64,000 nt of DNA, from contig CM074812.1 of assembly GCA_037447605.1 (NCBI GenBank), positions 2,356,001 to 2,420,000 on the forward strand, written 5' to 3'. The translations under genes were made by a program, and so were the position numbers. Source of the DNA: Zygnema circumcarinatum SAG 698-1b. Its lineage: Eukaryota > Plantae > Zygnematophyceae. A model generated the notes under the pieces. The model made no database searches, was not told where the DNA came from, and saw only the letters and a list, made by a program, of their open reading frames with translations. Position 1 is the first letter of the stretch. The number at the start of each line of letters is the position of its first letter. This document shows, piece after piece, positions 52,074 to 64,000 of this stretch.

Positions 52074-54920
52074 ATGGAAGGAGGAGCCTCTGCACATGCA
52101 GGAGGAGGTGCCGACCGCCCACTGACTGACCAAATCAATCATTATGTCTTTACTCTTTTTGTGCCTCTCTGCTTATCTTTAGGGTTCCTTCTTCTTTAAG
52201 GTTTTCTGAAGTTTAAGAGTTGTCAGGGTTACAAAAAAACCTTACTTTATCAAACACTTGAAACGAAACCCTAAAAAAGCCCCCTCCTCCCTACCCTGAA
52301 GCCGTCGAAATTCTAAACTCGGACACGGAAAGGAGAAGAACAAAAGGAACTGAATTATTTTTTCCAAACTTTCACAATTGAAGATGAATTTACAATTTAT
52401 TCTTATATTATTAGGAAAGTGCTATTTACACACACCTTCTTTTGTCTAGATGCACACCTTTTTTTTGCCGGTCAGATTTTATATTAGGGTTTGTATGGTA
52501 TTAGGAGGTATTTTTTTTTTTAAAGATATGTATCTAGACAAAAAATGTGTGAAAATAGTAATTCCCTGTTATTATTTATTTATTTATTATTGTTTCTTAA
52601 TGGTGCAGGGCCGGATCAGTCGACTCCACCTCCTTCCCAGCAAGAGCGGTTCGTGGCCTCCCGTTACATGCAGGCCGCGGCTGCCGTTGCAGTTAAACGG
52701 ACCACCAAGGAGCACAACCGACATCAGTTAAACAGAACGGAACGGACCACCAACAGTTCCATGTCAGCCAAAAGCTCCACTCACAATGCAACCAAAGCAA
52801 AGCCCAATGCTGGTGGTGGTCCTAGAGCTGCTTCTACCTCTACCTCTCTCTCTACCTCTACCTCTATCCCTACCACTACCTCACTCTCTACCTCTACCTC
52901 TACCATTCCCACTTACACTACCACTACCATTGAGGAGGAGGACGCTCTCCCGTCCTCTCTTTCTGCCGCCTTCTTCTCTGCTCCTACCTCTCCTCTCCAC
53001 TCCCGCGCAGGAAAAACGAAAACCCCAAAAGCCCAAGCATCTCAGATAAACTCTCCTCTCCGTCCCTCACCTTCCACAAAAGTTCAAAGATCGATCTCCT
53101 CCGCCTCCTCTCTCTCTCTCTCTCAGCCTCCATCCCACCTCTCATCTCTTCAATCTCAAAAAGGAAAGGCTCTCCCGTTTGTGGCTCAGTCCGCTCCCAC
53201 CTCTCCTCGCACGAGCTTCTCTCCGCCTCTCACTACCAAGCAAGCATCAGCGTTAGCTGGAGAGAGGGGAGGAGAAAGAGGGGGAGAGAAAGGAGCGAGA
53301 GGAGGAGAGAGGGGAGGAGCGAGAGGCGGAGAGAGAGGAGGGAGAGGAGGAGCAAGAGGCGGAGAGAGAGGAGGAGAGAGAGGAGGAGGAGGAGGAGAAG
53401 ATGGTACTTGGGGAGGCCTTCATATTAGAACAAGGCTTGGAGGGGGGACCTCCTCTTTGGCTTCTTCAGCTCCGGAAAGTCCCACGTCCTCCAAAGCTTC
53501 CTCCATCTATGATGTCTCTCGGAGGGCTATTTTTCATGAAGGAAGAGGAGAGAGAGGAGAGAGAGGAGAGAGAGGAGGAGGAGGAGGAGGAGGAGGTGAG
53601 GATCTGCCCTTAGATCCTCCCTCAGAGTGGAAGTGGGAGAGGGAGATGACTGAGCAAGAGCGAGAGGCTCTGGGAGAGAACTTACATGATGCTCTCCTTC
53701 AGTGGGAGTATGTGATGGCGAAGACGAGGGCAGTGCATGCAGCGCAGCTGAGCATGATAGAGGTGAGGAATCTCTGCTCCCTCCCCTCACTCTCTCTCAC
53801 TCTGTCTCTCTCCCCCGCTCCCTCTCCGCCCTTCACTCTACCTCGTCCTTTGTCTGTTTCTCTCTGTCACACGGTCTCCCTCTTCATTAGATGTGAGGAA
53901 CCCCTCTCTCTCTCTCTCTCGCTCTCTCTCTCTCCGCCTTTCTCGCTACCTCTTTCGCTCTGTCTGTTTCTCTGTCACACGTTCGCTCTCGTCATTAGAT
54001 GTGAGGATATCTCTCTATCCCTCGCTCTCGCTCTCCCGCTCTCTCCGCACTTCACTCTACCTTATTCTCTCCGTCGAATTCTCATGGATACCCTTTTGAC
54101 CATTTTGGTTTTTTTTTTCCCTTCAGAAAGATCTCTACAGAGCCATGCTGGCCCTTAAGAAAAAGAGGGAATCCGTTTTGGAGCTGGAGAGCAGAATATG
54201 TAATTTGGAAATTTCCAACAGAGCAGGAGCCTTCATGGACACACACGTACGCGTTTCTCTCTCTCTCACCCTCCTTCCACCCTCCCCTCCCTCCATCCCT
54301 TCCTCTCTCCCCCCTTTCCCCCCACCCTACCACCCTACCACCCTCCCACCCTCCGCCCCTCCTTCCCACGCTACCTCCCTCCCTCTCTCCCTCTCTCCCC
54401 CCTTCCTCCCCCCCTACCCCCATCCCACCCTTCCCCCCTCCCCTCCCACGCTACCACCCTCCCTTCCCTCCCTCCCTCCCTCCCCCCCCCTTTCCCACGC
54501 TACCTCCCTCCCTCCCTCCCTCTCTCCCNNNNNNNNNNCCCTCCCCCCTCCTAACCTCCCTCCCTCTCTACTCTCCCGCAGGCAGCGCGGTTCAAGGACT
54601 GGACCTCATCGGAGCCGGCTCTCAAAGAGGCGATTTTGGAGACCAGAAATGCAATTTCGAATTTTGTGAGGCGTGTGCCCCTAACGCGGGGAGCTAAGGT
54701 GCCTACCTTTGCTTTTTATTTTACCTTTTTTTTTTTTTAAGTTTCTTGAAAGTGTTTTTGTACTTATGCATCATGGTTTGGTGTTCTTTATTTATTCTTT
54801 ATTTATTTATTCTGCAGGCGAATCCGGACAAGTTGAAAGCAGCATTGGACGAAGCGGACAAAATTTTGGTCCGAGTTTGGCGGCCGCTGGAGGAGTACAG
54901 CCCCGATGTGAGGAACTGTT

Positions 54921-54978
<58 letters not shown>

Positions 54979-55933
54979 CTCTCTCTCTCTCTGTTGGATC
55001 TCTCTCTCTCTCTCTCCTTTTTCTCATTCTCTCTCTGTTTTTCTCTCATTCATTCTTTCGCTCTCCCTTTCTGTCTCTCCCTCGTTCTGTCTCATTTTCT
55101 TTCTCTCTACCTCTGTCTCTCTCCCTCTTTCTGTCTCTCTCTCTCTTCTTTCGCGCTCTCGAAAGAAGGAGAGAGGGACAGAGGAAGAGGGACACGGACA
55201 AAAGGGAGAAGGAAGGAAAGTGAGGGAGATCGACGAGAGAGAGGGCGAGAGAGAGGGAGAGGGAGCGGGAGAGAGAGGGAGAGGGAGGGAGACAAAGAGC
55301 TCGTTGAGATGCAGGAGAGGGAAACGAATAGGACTGAATATCTTCACCCTATCATTGAAAATTTCCTTTTCCTCCCAACTTACCCTCCCTTTTTTTTTCC
55401 GGGCAGCTGGAGGAGGCAGCGGAAGCCATACTGAATGTGGCCAACACGGTCAGAAAAGAAAGAAATTTGTTCAAAGAATGCGGCGAAGAGATTGCCGAAC
55501 TCGCATACAAGGAGGTGGGAAACTCTTTTCCCGCTCCCTCTCTCCATCTCTCACTCTCTCCCTCCCTCTCATTCTCTCTCCCTCCCTCTCTCTCTCGCTC
55601 CCTCCCTCTCTCTCTCCCTCTCTCTCTCTTCCGCTCTCCCCCACTCTCTCACCCCCTCCCCACTCTCCTCGTTTTTTTTTCCACCTGCCCCCCCTCTCTC
55701 TTCCTCTCCCGCTTTAAGGTTTGTAAGACTACAGGGTTTGTGGAGATTTCTAGGACTTTTGGTTACCAGATTTTGGTTTTTAATTTTTGGTGTCTGGTTT
55801 TTAGTTTTTGATTTTTGGTTTTTGGTTTTTGCAGATCCATGAACTCAGTTTGGGGGCCCAAATCATCCAATTGACGGAGGGAGAGAGGAAGCGGTCGGAG
55901 GCGAGCGTGAACCAAGCAGCAACCTCGGCGTGA
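52074..55933 (+). CDS. QWRF: QWRF/AUG8 (DUF566, augmin subunit 8-like) microtubule-associated protein
   Basis: Phase-consistent exons 52074-52107, 52609-53762, 54127-54246, 54582-54698, 54818-54907, 55407-55514 and 55835-55933. N-terminal VASRYMQ, S/P-rich linker, LHDALLQWEY, RVPLTRGAKAN..LKAAL and HELSLGAQIIQL. Confidence 0.85.
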
Positions 55934-57159
55934 GGGGAGGGAGGGGGAGAGGGAGGGAGAGGGAGGGAGGAAGAGGGAGGGAGAGGGAGGGAGAGGGAGG
56001 GAGAGGGAGGGGAGGGGAGGGAGAGGGAGGGGAGGGGAGGGAGAGGGAGGGAGGAAGAGGGAGGGAGAGGGAGAGAGAGAGAGATGGGAGCTTCTTTTCT
56101 CATTATGGGAACCATGATTTGAAAAGTATCGAAATAAGCCTTTCCATGGTCTCACGGGGGTTGCCACTTTGTCGTATTCTCTGGTTTTCTGCTACGTGCT
56201 CTATGTACTACTGTTCCGTTTTCCCCTTTACATTCAAAAGCCTAGGCAAGAATAGTATCAAAGGATATGTCCTCTCTCTCTCTCTCTCCCCCCCCCTCCC
56301 TTCCTCTCCTCTCCCTCTTCCTCCTCCCCCTCTCTTTCCCTCCTTTCTCTCTCCCTCTCCCTCCCTCCCATCCTCCCTTCCTGTCTCCTCCCTCCCTCCC
56401 TTCCTCCCTTCCTGTCTCCTCTCTCCCTCCCTCCCTCCCTTCTCCCTTCCTTCCTGTCTCCTCCCTCCCTCCCTCCCTTCCTCCCTTCCTTCCTCCCTTC
56501 CTCCCTTCCTCCCTTCCTCCCTTCCTCCCTTCCTCCCTTCCTCCCTTCCTCCCTCCCTCCCCCTCCCTCCCTCTCCCTCCTTTCTCTCTCCCACTCCTTC
56601 CCTCTCACTTCTTGCACTCTCCCTCTCCACCTCTCACCTCTCCCACTCCCCCCTCGCCCTCTCCCTACAGAAGCGCGCTCGCTGAAACGTACCGACCGTA
56701 CGGTATGTAACGTAACGCAACGTAACGTGACGCGGGGACGCTAAATAATTCGGAAATGTCGCTTACGTGCCCGAATAGAAAAATGGTGTAAACTAATAAA
56801 AACAATTCAAATTACCAATTAAACTACGACACGTGGCATGTCGCGCTCCTCCCTCGCCACGTGTCGACTTCCTTAAGTTTGGTTTAGTCACTTGGCTATA
56901 CAGTACTTATATTGCTAGCTTCAACACGTGGCGAGGAGCCAATTACAACTCGCCACGTATGCAAAAATTCGATTCTGCATATTCGGAAAAATGTACCTTG
57001 CGACTTGCGAGCAGGCATAAATCCATAAATCGAGACACAAGTTTTTGCGTTTTTCCCTTAAAACGGGCCTGCACCAAAACCAAAAACCAAAAACTAAAAA
57101 ACCAAAAACTAAAAAACCAAAAACCAGAAACCAAAAGCAGACAGGCATCCTCACAAAAT

Positions 57160-57700
57160 GCCTAAACCCTCCAACTTCTAAAAGCCTGAAAACCCTAAAA
57201 ACCCCTAAAAATTATAAAATTTCTCTCCCTCAAAAATGCGAACAGAGATGTGAATGTGAATAGTAGGGCTGGAGGGATGTTCAGACAGGGACTGAGGACG
57301 GAGGTGGACCTGCCCTAATCCTAACCCTAACCCTAATTTTAACCCTAATTCCACCTCTGAACCCACATTCTAACCTAATTTCTGCGCTGACTTTTACATT
57401 AACTCTAATCCTAACCCGAAACCTAACCCTAGTCCTCCTAGCCCTTAACCCACATCCTGACCCTAATTTTTGCTCTAATCGTACCCCGAAACCCTAAGCC
57501 TAAACCTTAACCCTAATTCTGCACCTTAACCCAACATCCTGACACTCATTTTTGCGCTATTTTTTACCCTCACCCTAACCCTCACCCTAACCCTCACCCT
57601 AACCCTAACCCTAACCCTAACCCTAACCCTTACCCTAACCATAATCCTACCCCTAACCTCCAACCCTTAACCCCTAAAGCCCTCACCTGAACCCTAAAAC
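57160..57700. repeat. Telomere-like tract including a perfect (CCCTAA)n run at about 57597-57630
   Basis: CCCTAACCCTAACCCTAACCCTAACCCTAACC with CCCTCA variants. Confidence 0.85.
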
Positions 57701-57720
57701 CTCCCCTCCGCCCCCTTTCA

Positions 57721-60700
57721 ATGCACTCATCCCGCCACATCCGAAAGCTTCTCTTTACCCAAAGAGCAAGAAGCACCGCCTACCACGACTTTATCAAGCG
57801 CTCTCATATTACCAAACCCTTTGACTTTAGCAAGGGCTCTGACTTTAACAACTCCGTTAACTTTACCAACTGCTCTAACTTTAAACGCTCCGACAATGAA
57901 TTTGACCTTATCAAGCGCTCTCACTCGAGCAAATCCTTGGAGTTTAACAAGCAACCTTACTTTACCAAGCGGGTAGACTTTATCAAGCGCTCGTTCTCCT
58001 ATTTTAGGGGAGCTGCGGAGGGAGGAGGAGGGTGGGAGAGCCTCTCTCCCCGAGCTGTTCCCTTTGTCGTTTCTGCGGAGGCCGCCATGGCTGCCCACAG
58101 AGCAGCAATCACAGACCACTTTTTGGGGCCCTTCCAGGGGGAGATTGAGAAGGTGGACATGAATGCCACGTGGCAACCGTTCTGGGCGTTTGACGCTGCA
58201 AGTAGGTTTTAGGGTTCGTGGGTATAAAGAGATGGGGGAGTTTTAATTTTTTTGATATTTTTTATTTTAGCGGTAGTAGGGGAGCTGTTGGAGTTTATTG
58301 GGTCCCTTTTATCTCGCTTTCCTTCTGCTTTACTCTCCCACTTTCTCCCTCTCCCTCTCGCCCTCCCTATCTGCCCACTCTTCCCTCATCCCTCATCCCT
58401 CATCCCTTTCCCCCCTCCCCCTCCCCCTCCCCCTCCCCCACTCTCGTCTTCCCTCATCCCTCTTCCCTTCCCTCGTCCCCCCCTCCCTCTCTCGCCCCTC
58501 TCTCGTTCTCGTCCCTTTCTCTCTCTCTCCCCTACCCTCTCTCACCCGTTCTGTCCCTCTCCCTCACCTCTCTCCTCTCTCCCTCTCTGCAGTGACCATA
58601 ATGTCCCGCGGACAAGTCGGCTTCTATCGTATCGGATGGGTCTACAACCCTTCTCTCAAACAAATGACTCCTGTAAATTTCTTTCTCCAATTTTAACTTG
58701 TTCATGTACCTTTTTTATTTTCCCTTTCTTTTTTTGAGATTTTAAAAGGGCATTATTATTCTGAGTTGTTTTATTTGAATTTATCTTAATTTAGTGATTT
58801 TAATTGCTATTTTTTGAGGGCAGACCAGAGAGATGGTTTGGAGGTCTACCGATTGGATGGCTCTCAGCATTCGTCTGCCGAATTCCGATCCGGATATGCA
58901 GCACTATGCTTCGGACAGGTGGGAGAGAGAGAGAGGGGGGGAAGGAAAAAGGGAGAGGAGGGGAAAGAGAGGGGAGGGAAGGGAGAGGGAGAGGGAGTGG
59001 GGAAGAAAGTGGGGTGGGGGAGAGGGAGGGGTGAGGAGGGGAGGGAGAGGGGGGTGAGAGAGGGGAGGGAAGGGAGAGGGAGAGGGGGAGAGGGGGAGGG
59101 AGAGGGGTGAGAGTTGGGTGGGTTGGGGGAGAGGGAGGGATGGGGGAGGAAGGGAGAGGGGGGCGAGAGAGGGGAGGGAAGGGAGAGGGAGTGGGGGAGA
59201 GAGTGGGGTGGGGAAGGAGGTGTAAGGGTGGGAGGGAGAGGGGGGCGAGAGAGGGGTGGGGGAGGGACAAGGTGGGGATTGAATAGGGGAGAGCGAGGGT
59301 TGAGAGAGTGGCGGGGAGAGAGGGAGAGGGTAAAGAGAGAGGGTGGAAGATAGAGGGCGACGAGAAAAAGGGCCGAGAGGGAGAGGCCTATTTTGAAAAA
59401 TCATGTATTTGTTACATGTGTATATACTCTACTTGCACTCCAATTTTCGATTCTATTCAATCTGATTTCTCCCATTCTTTCCTTTCTCCTCTTCCAGATA
59501 TCCCTTTGATTTGCTGCAAAACCTTGCGGGAGAGGATGTACGGAGGGCTCGCCCCTTCTCAGAAGCGCTGCTTTCGGGGCGACGAGTGGAGCCCTTCCAG
59601 ACCAGCAGGTGCTGCTCTCTCTCTCTCTCTCTCTTTTTTTCTCTCTCTCTTTCTCTCTCTCCTTTCTCTTTCTTTTTCTTGTCTCTCTCTCGCTCGCTCT
59701 CTCTGTGTCTCTGTGTCACTCTCTCGCCCTTGTCCACTCTCTCCCACTCTCTCTCCCCCTTCTCTTCCCCCTCACTCTCTCTCTCTATGACTCTGTCTCT
59801 CTCTCGCTCTCTCTCTCTCTGTCTTTGTGTCACTCTCTCGCTCTTGTTCACTCTCTCCCTCCACTGTCTCCCCCTCTCTCTCCCCCTTCTCTTCCCCCTC
59901 TTCTTCTCTCTCTCTGTGTCTCTCTGTCTGTCTCTCTCTCGCTCTCTCTCTCTCTGTTTCTCTGTGCCTCTCTCTCGCTCTTGTCCACTCTCTCCCTCTC
60001 TCTCCCCCCTTCCATTTCCCTTCTCTCTCTGTGTCTCTCTGTCTCCCTCTCGCTCTCTCTCTCTCTCTGTGTCTCGGTGTCTCTCTCTCGCTCTTGTCCA
60101 CTCTCTCCCTCTCTCTCCCCCCTTCCATTTCCCTTCTCTCTCTGTGTCTCTCTGTCTCCCTCTCGCTCTCTCTCTCTCTCTGTGTCTCTCTGTCTCCCTC
60201 TCGCTCTCTCTCTCTCTCTGTGTCTCTCTGTCTCCCTCTCGCTCTCTCTCTCTCTCTGTGTCTCGGTGTCTCTCTCTCGCTCTTGTCCACTCTCTCCCTC
60301 TCTCCCTCTCTCTCTTTCCCTTCTCTTCCCTTATTTATTTTTATATTTTTTTCCCCCTTTCAGGGAGACCGCTTGGTTGCGCTGCCGCCAAAGGCTTCTT
60401 CAAGGGACCGTTCGATCGCGTGCTGAGCTGGCACTCAGGCAGGTGGCGGACCACTCAACAAGTGCCACGTGGCGACACGGACCACTTAACAGCTGCCACG
60501 TGGCTTGACTATTTAACAATTGCCATGTGGGAACCACGTGGCTAACAAGAACCAATGAGTTCTTGCCAGGTGGCATGGACTAATTAGCAGCCGCCACGTG
60601 GCAGCCATAAGCGTAGCAGAGGCTGAGACGTGGCATGTTTGGACCACTAGACAGTTGCCACATGTCATAAACTACTTAGGAATTGCCACGTGGCAGTATG

Positions 60701-63041
60701 GTGCCACGTGGCAAACGTGAACCAATCGACACGCCTGAGGATTCCGATAGCGCCACGTGGCAGTCAATCAACAACTGTCACGTCGCGTGGATTACACACC
60801 GACTGCCACGTGGCAGCTGTGCACTGGCCAATGACTACCACGTGGCACGGTTTACCAGCACTGGCCACGTGGCATCGATAGACCAATCAACAGCTGCCAC
60901 GGGGTAGTTTTTTTAAAACAGCATTTGCTGACTGTTTTGCGTTTTTAGGGTTTCACGAGTTGATTTGATTGTATTTTTGACGTGGTGTGTTTTGTTATAT
61001 TTTATTTTATTCGGTTTTTTTTTATGTATTGATTTGTTTGTTTTGTTGTTTTTGGGGGCAGGCGTACAACGCAAATGGAGTCCGGGCAGTGGAGATTCGC
61101 ATAATGGAGGAGGAGGTGGCGGCACAGGTGGGAGGGAGGGAGGGAGGGAGGGAGAGGGAGGGAGGGAGAGAGGGGGAGGGAGAGAGGGGGAGGGGTGTGG
61201 GAGGGAGGGAAGGAGAGGGAGGGATGGGACGAGGAGGGCCGAGGGAGGGAGGCAGAGAGAGGGGGCTAGTGGAGTCGAGGGCGGGAGGGAGAGTGGGAGA
61301 GGGAGATGGGGAAGGGGGAGGGAGGCGGGATAGGCACAATGAGCATTCAGAGAGAGGGTGGAAGAGAGGGAGAGAGAGAGTGGGAGAGAGAGGGAGAGAG
61401 TGGGAGAGAGAGGGAGAGAGTGGGAGAGAGAGGGAGAGAGAGTGAGAGAGAGAGGGAGAGGGAGAGTGAGAGCGAGGGGGAGAGGGAGAGTGAGAGAGAG
61501 AGGGAGAGAGAGTGAGAGAGAGGGAGAGAGAGTGGGGAAGAGAGGGAGAGGGAGAGTGAGAGAGAGGGAGAGGGAGAGTGAGAGAGGGAGAGAGAGTGTG
61601 GGAAAGAGAGGGAGAGAGAGTGGGAGAGAGAGGGAGAGAGAGAGTCGGAGAGAGAGGGAGAGGCAGAGAGGGAGAGAGAGGGAGAGAGAGAGTGGGAGAG
61701 AGAGAGAGTGCACAGATACCCATTTGATTGCAGGACCTGCAAACATCCCTTCTGATCTCAACCCTTCCCCAATGCATTCATCCTTCGTATTTTTCCTCTC
61801 CCATTCCCAAAATATTTAATAATAAGTTTCCCTCCTTTGAACTTAAAAATGGAAGAAGAAAACAGTGATTCATGTTAGTCAGTTTTTTTTTTTTTTTTCT
61901 TTTTCCTTTCATTCATTCATTCATTCTCGTTTTGATGATTTTTCAGGCCGTGTACTTCCCCGCATACATCGCCGTTACCGTTCAACAGAATTGGCAGTTC
62001 CTTGCCGTCGTCAACGGACGGAACGGAACTGTCCATGGAGACAGGCTCTTCGCGGAGGCCAAAGTCGCGGCGGCGACCACTCTCGTGCTGACAGCTGGCA
62101 CCGTCCTTCTGCCAATCATGGGCCTTCCTCCGCTGCCAGGTGGACACCCTAAAACCCTAAACCCTCTGGAAAGGGGGTGGGTCAAAAAACCCCAAAAAAA
62201 CTTGGAAACCCAAAAAAACTTGGAAACCCTAAAGATTTGGAAAACCTACAAAACTTGGAAAACCTAAAGATTTGGAAACCCTACAAAACTTGGAAAACCT
62301 AAAAAACTTGGAAACCGTAAAACTTTGGAAACCCTAAAAATTTGAAAACCCTTAAAAAATTGGAAACCCTGAGGAACTTGGAAACCCTAAAAAGCTGGTA
62401 AACTCTAAAAATATTAAGAGCCCTAAGAACGTCTTTTCCTTATAGAAATTACTAAAGAAGATGCCCAAGCTTTAAAAACTCAAAGCTTAATCTTAAACCC
62501 TAAACCCTAAATCCTGAAATCCTGGGCGGCCTCTCTCCGGTGCCAGGTGGCGCCCTCTGGTTGGTCCTCCAGGCGGCCGTCGTGGCGGGTTCGTATTTTG
62601 CTGCCAGGTGGCATCCTCGGATTCGCTCGCTTTGGCGCGCTGTACGGCACGCGGAGGAGAGAGAGGGAGAGGGGAGAGAGGGAGGAGAGGAGTGGGAAAA
62701 AGTTTTTTGGAGGTGAGGGAGTGGGAGGGGCTAATGGGGGTTTAAAAATTAGGGTTTAGGGTTTAGGGGTATTGGGATTTTTTGATTTTGTGGCTTTTCA
62801 TTTTGGGGGTGCAAATATATATATATAATTTTTGTAGGGTTTCCAAGTTTTTTAGGGTTCGTAGGGTTCTAAGTGGTGAGTGGGGAGGGAGGGAGGGAGA
62901 GAGGGAGGGGTGGGGAGAGAGAGAGGTGTGTGGGGAAGAACGAGTGGGGGAGAGAGAGAGCGCAAGGGAGAGGGAAGGGGCGGAGGGAGAGGGAGAGAAA
63001 GAGAGAGAGATAGAGGGAGAGAGCGAGAGAGAGAGAGAAAA

Positions 63042-63072
<31 letters not shown>

Positions 63073-63330
63073 CAGAGACAGAGAGAGAGAGAGAGAGACA
63101 GCGAGAGAGAGATAAAGAAAGGAAGGGAGAACGATTGTGTGTATGCGTATTCTCTATTTACCTTCCCCTCCCATTATTTTTTTTTCAGAATTGGACCAAT
63201 GGGAGACCTGGGCAATATGATGCGCGAAATTCTGCGAAGGAGAAGAGAGGGAGGGTTCGAGTGGCGGTGGAGGAGGGAGCAGATGGACGGAGAAACGGAA
63301 TATGAGCGCATGGAACGGCAGGTGCACGCT

Positions 63331-63372
<42 letters not shown>

Positions 63373-63461
63373 TTCTCCCTTTTCCTCGTTCCCACTCCCT
63401 GTTGATCTCTCTCCCTCACCCTCTCTCCCTCACCCTCTCTCCCTCTCCCTCTTGCTCTCTC

Positions 63462-63511
<50 letters not shown>

Positions 63512-63909
63512 CCTCTCTCTCCTTTCTGTCTGGTTTTGCTGCCCTCTGACGTGACGTGCCGTGACATCTGGTGACGTGACACCTTGAACAGAGATTCCAA
63601 CAGCGGTACAATGAAGAGCAGACTCGCCGTCAGCGAATGGGAGGGGAGAGAGAGAGAGAGGGAGGGAGAGGGGGAGAGAGGGAGAGAGAGGACCCCAAGG
63701 GCTACTACCGAGTGTTGGGAGTGAGCCGTACGGCTTCGGCCAATGAGATCAAAGCTGCCTACCGGCGATTGGCTTTTGAGACTCATCCGGATCGGCAGAG
63801 GGAGGGGAGGAAGGGAGAGGGAGAGGAACGCTTTAAAAAGGTTTCAGAGGCATACTCTGTGTTGGGGAGTGAAAGGAGCCGGGCTGACTATGATGCAGGG
63901 CGACTTTGA
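57721..63909 (+). CDS. Membrane-associated type III J-protein with C-terminal DnaJ domain and an N-terminal domain of unknown function
   Basis: Ten phase-consistent exons: 57721-58201, 58593-58672, 58824-58918, 59498-59608, 60364-60442, 61062-61127, 61947-62139, 62547-62712, 63189-63321 and 63592-63909. J domain [38 protein letters not shown], with hydrophobic segments upstream. Confidence 0.85.
60464..60905. promoter_or_regulatory. Intronic array of palindromic G-boxes (GCCACGTGGC) at about 30-bp spacing
   Basis: Perfect copies at 60464, 60495, 60593, 60685, 60703, 60752, 60805 and 60864; CCACGTGGC at 60534 and 60838; several degenerate copies. Confidence 0.8.
62148..62515. repeat. About 20-bp tandem repeat (AAAACTTGGAAACCCTA-like) and telo-boxes filling one intron
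   Basis: About 12 units between 62195 and 62395. Confidence 0.85.
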
Positions 63910-63912
63910 AGG

Positions 63913-63975
<63 letters not shown>

Positions 63976-64000
63976 TTGTGGCCTTTCTCACTGTGGGTTC

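Noticed and set aside
57727-58176. 149-aa antisense ORF with VRALDKV repeats
   Set aside because: It is the antisense shadow of the repetitive first exon of the J-protein gene.
60464-60905. CRISPR-like reading of the G-box array (conserved repeat with variable spacers)
   Set aside because: The core is only 10 bp, spacing is irregular, it is intronic and there are no cas genes.

Overview
Intron-rich eukaryotic DNA from the green lineage, most likely a streptophyte alga or plant. This rests on plant-type CDPK, group J bZIP, QWRF/AUG8 and CYSTM genes and on TTTAGGG-like repeats; the species cannot be determined. Introns are packed with (GA)/(CT) and G/C low-complexity tracts, so most ORF-track entries are spurious. 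Spliced gene models I could reconstruct by hand: 3' part of a DUF900-type alpha/beta hydrolase (+, 576-3318); GT77/Nucleotid_trans glycosyltransferase (-, about 4732-8628); two tandem CYSTM first exons (15750, 16722); a CDPK with a frameshift and stop in the EF-hand C-lobe (24086-27936) plus a 5' fragment copy (15302); a kinase-less type I membrane protein with signal peptide, hevein/CBM18, two PAN domains, Pro-rich stalk, TM and tail (30653-35955); an O-fucosyltransferase-like gene (37094-39604); a bZIP62-like group J factor (-, 40589-about 49100); a QWRF/AUG8 gene (52074-55933); and a C-terminal J-domain protein (57721-63909). The most interesting structure is at 14-36 kb. Direct and inverted homologies there suggest that a head-to-head pair (putative chitin-sensing receptor-like gene, shared promoter, CDPK) was duplicated three times with reciprocal loss. 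The window also holds TIR elements, a 450-bp foldback, phased cis-motif arrays, telomere-repeat variants and an intron that appears to have arisen by tandem duplication of a splice site. No rRNA, tRNA or CRISPR array was seen.
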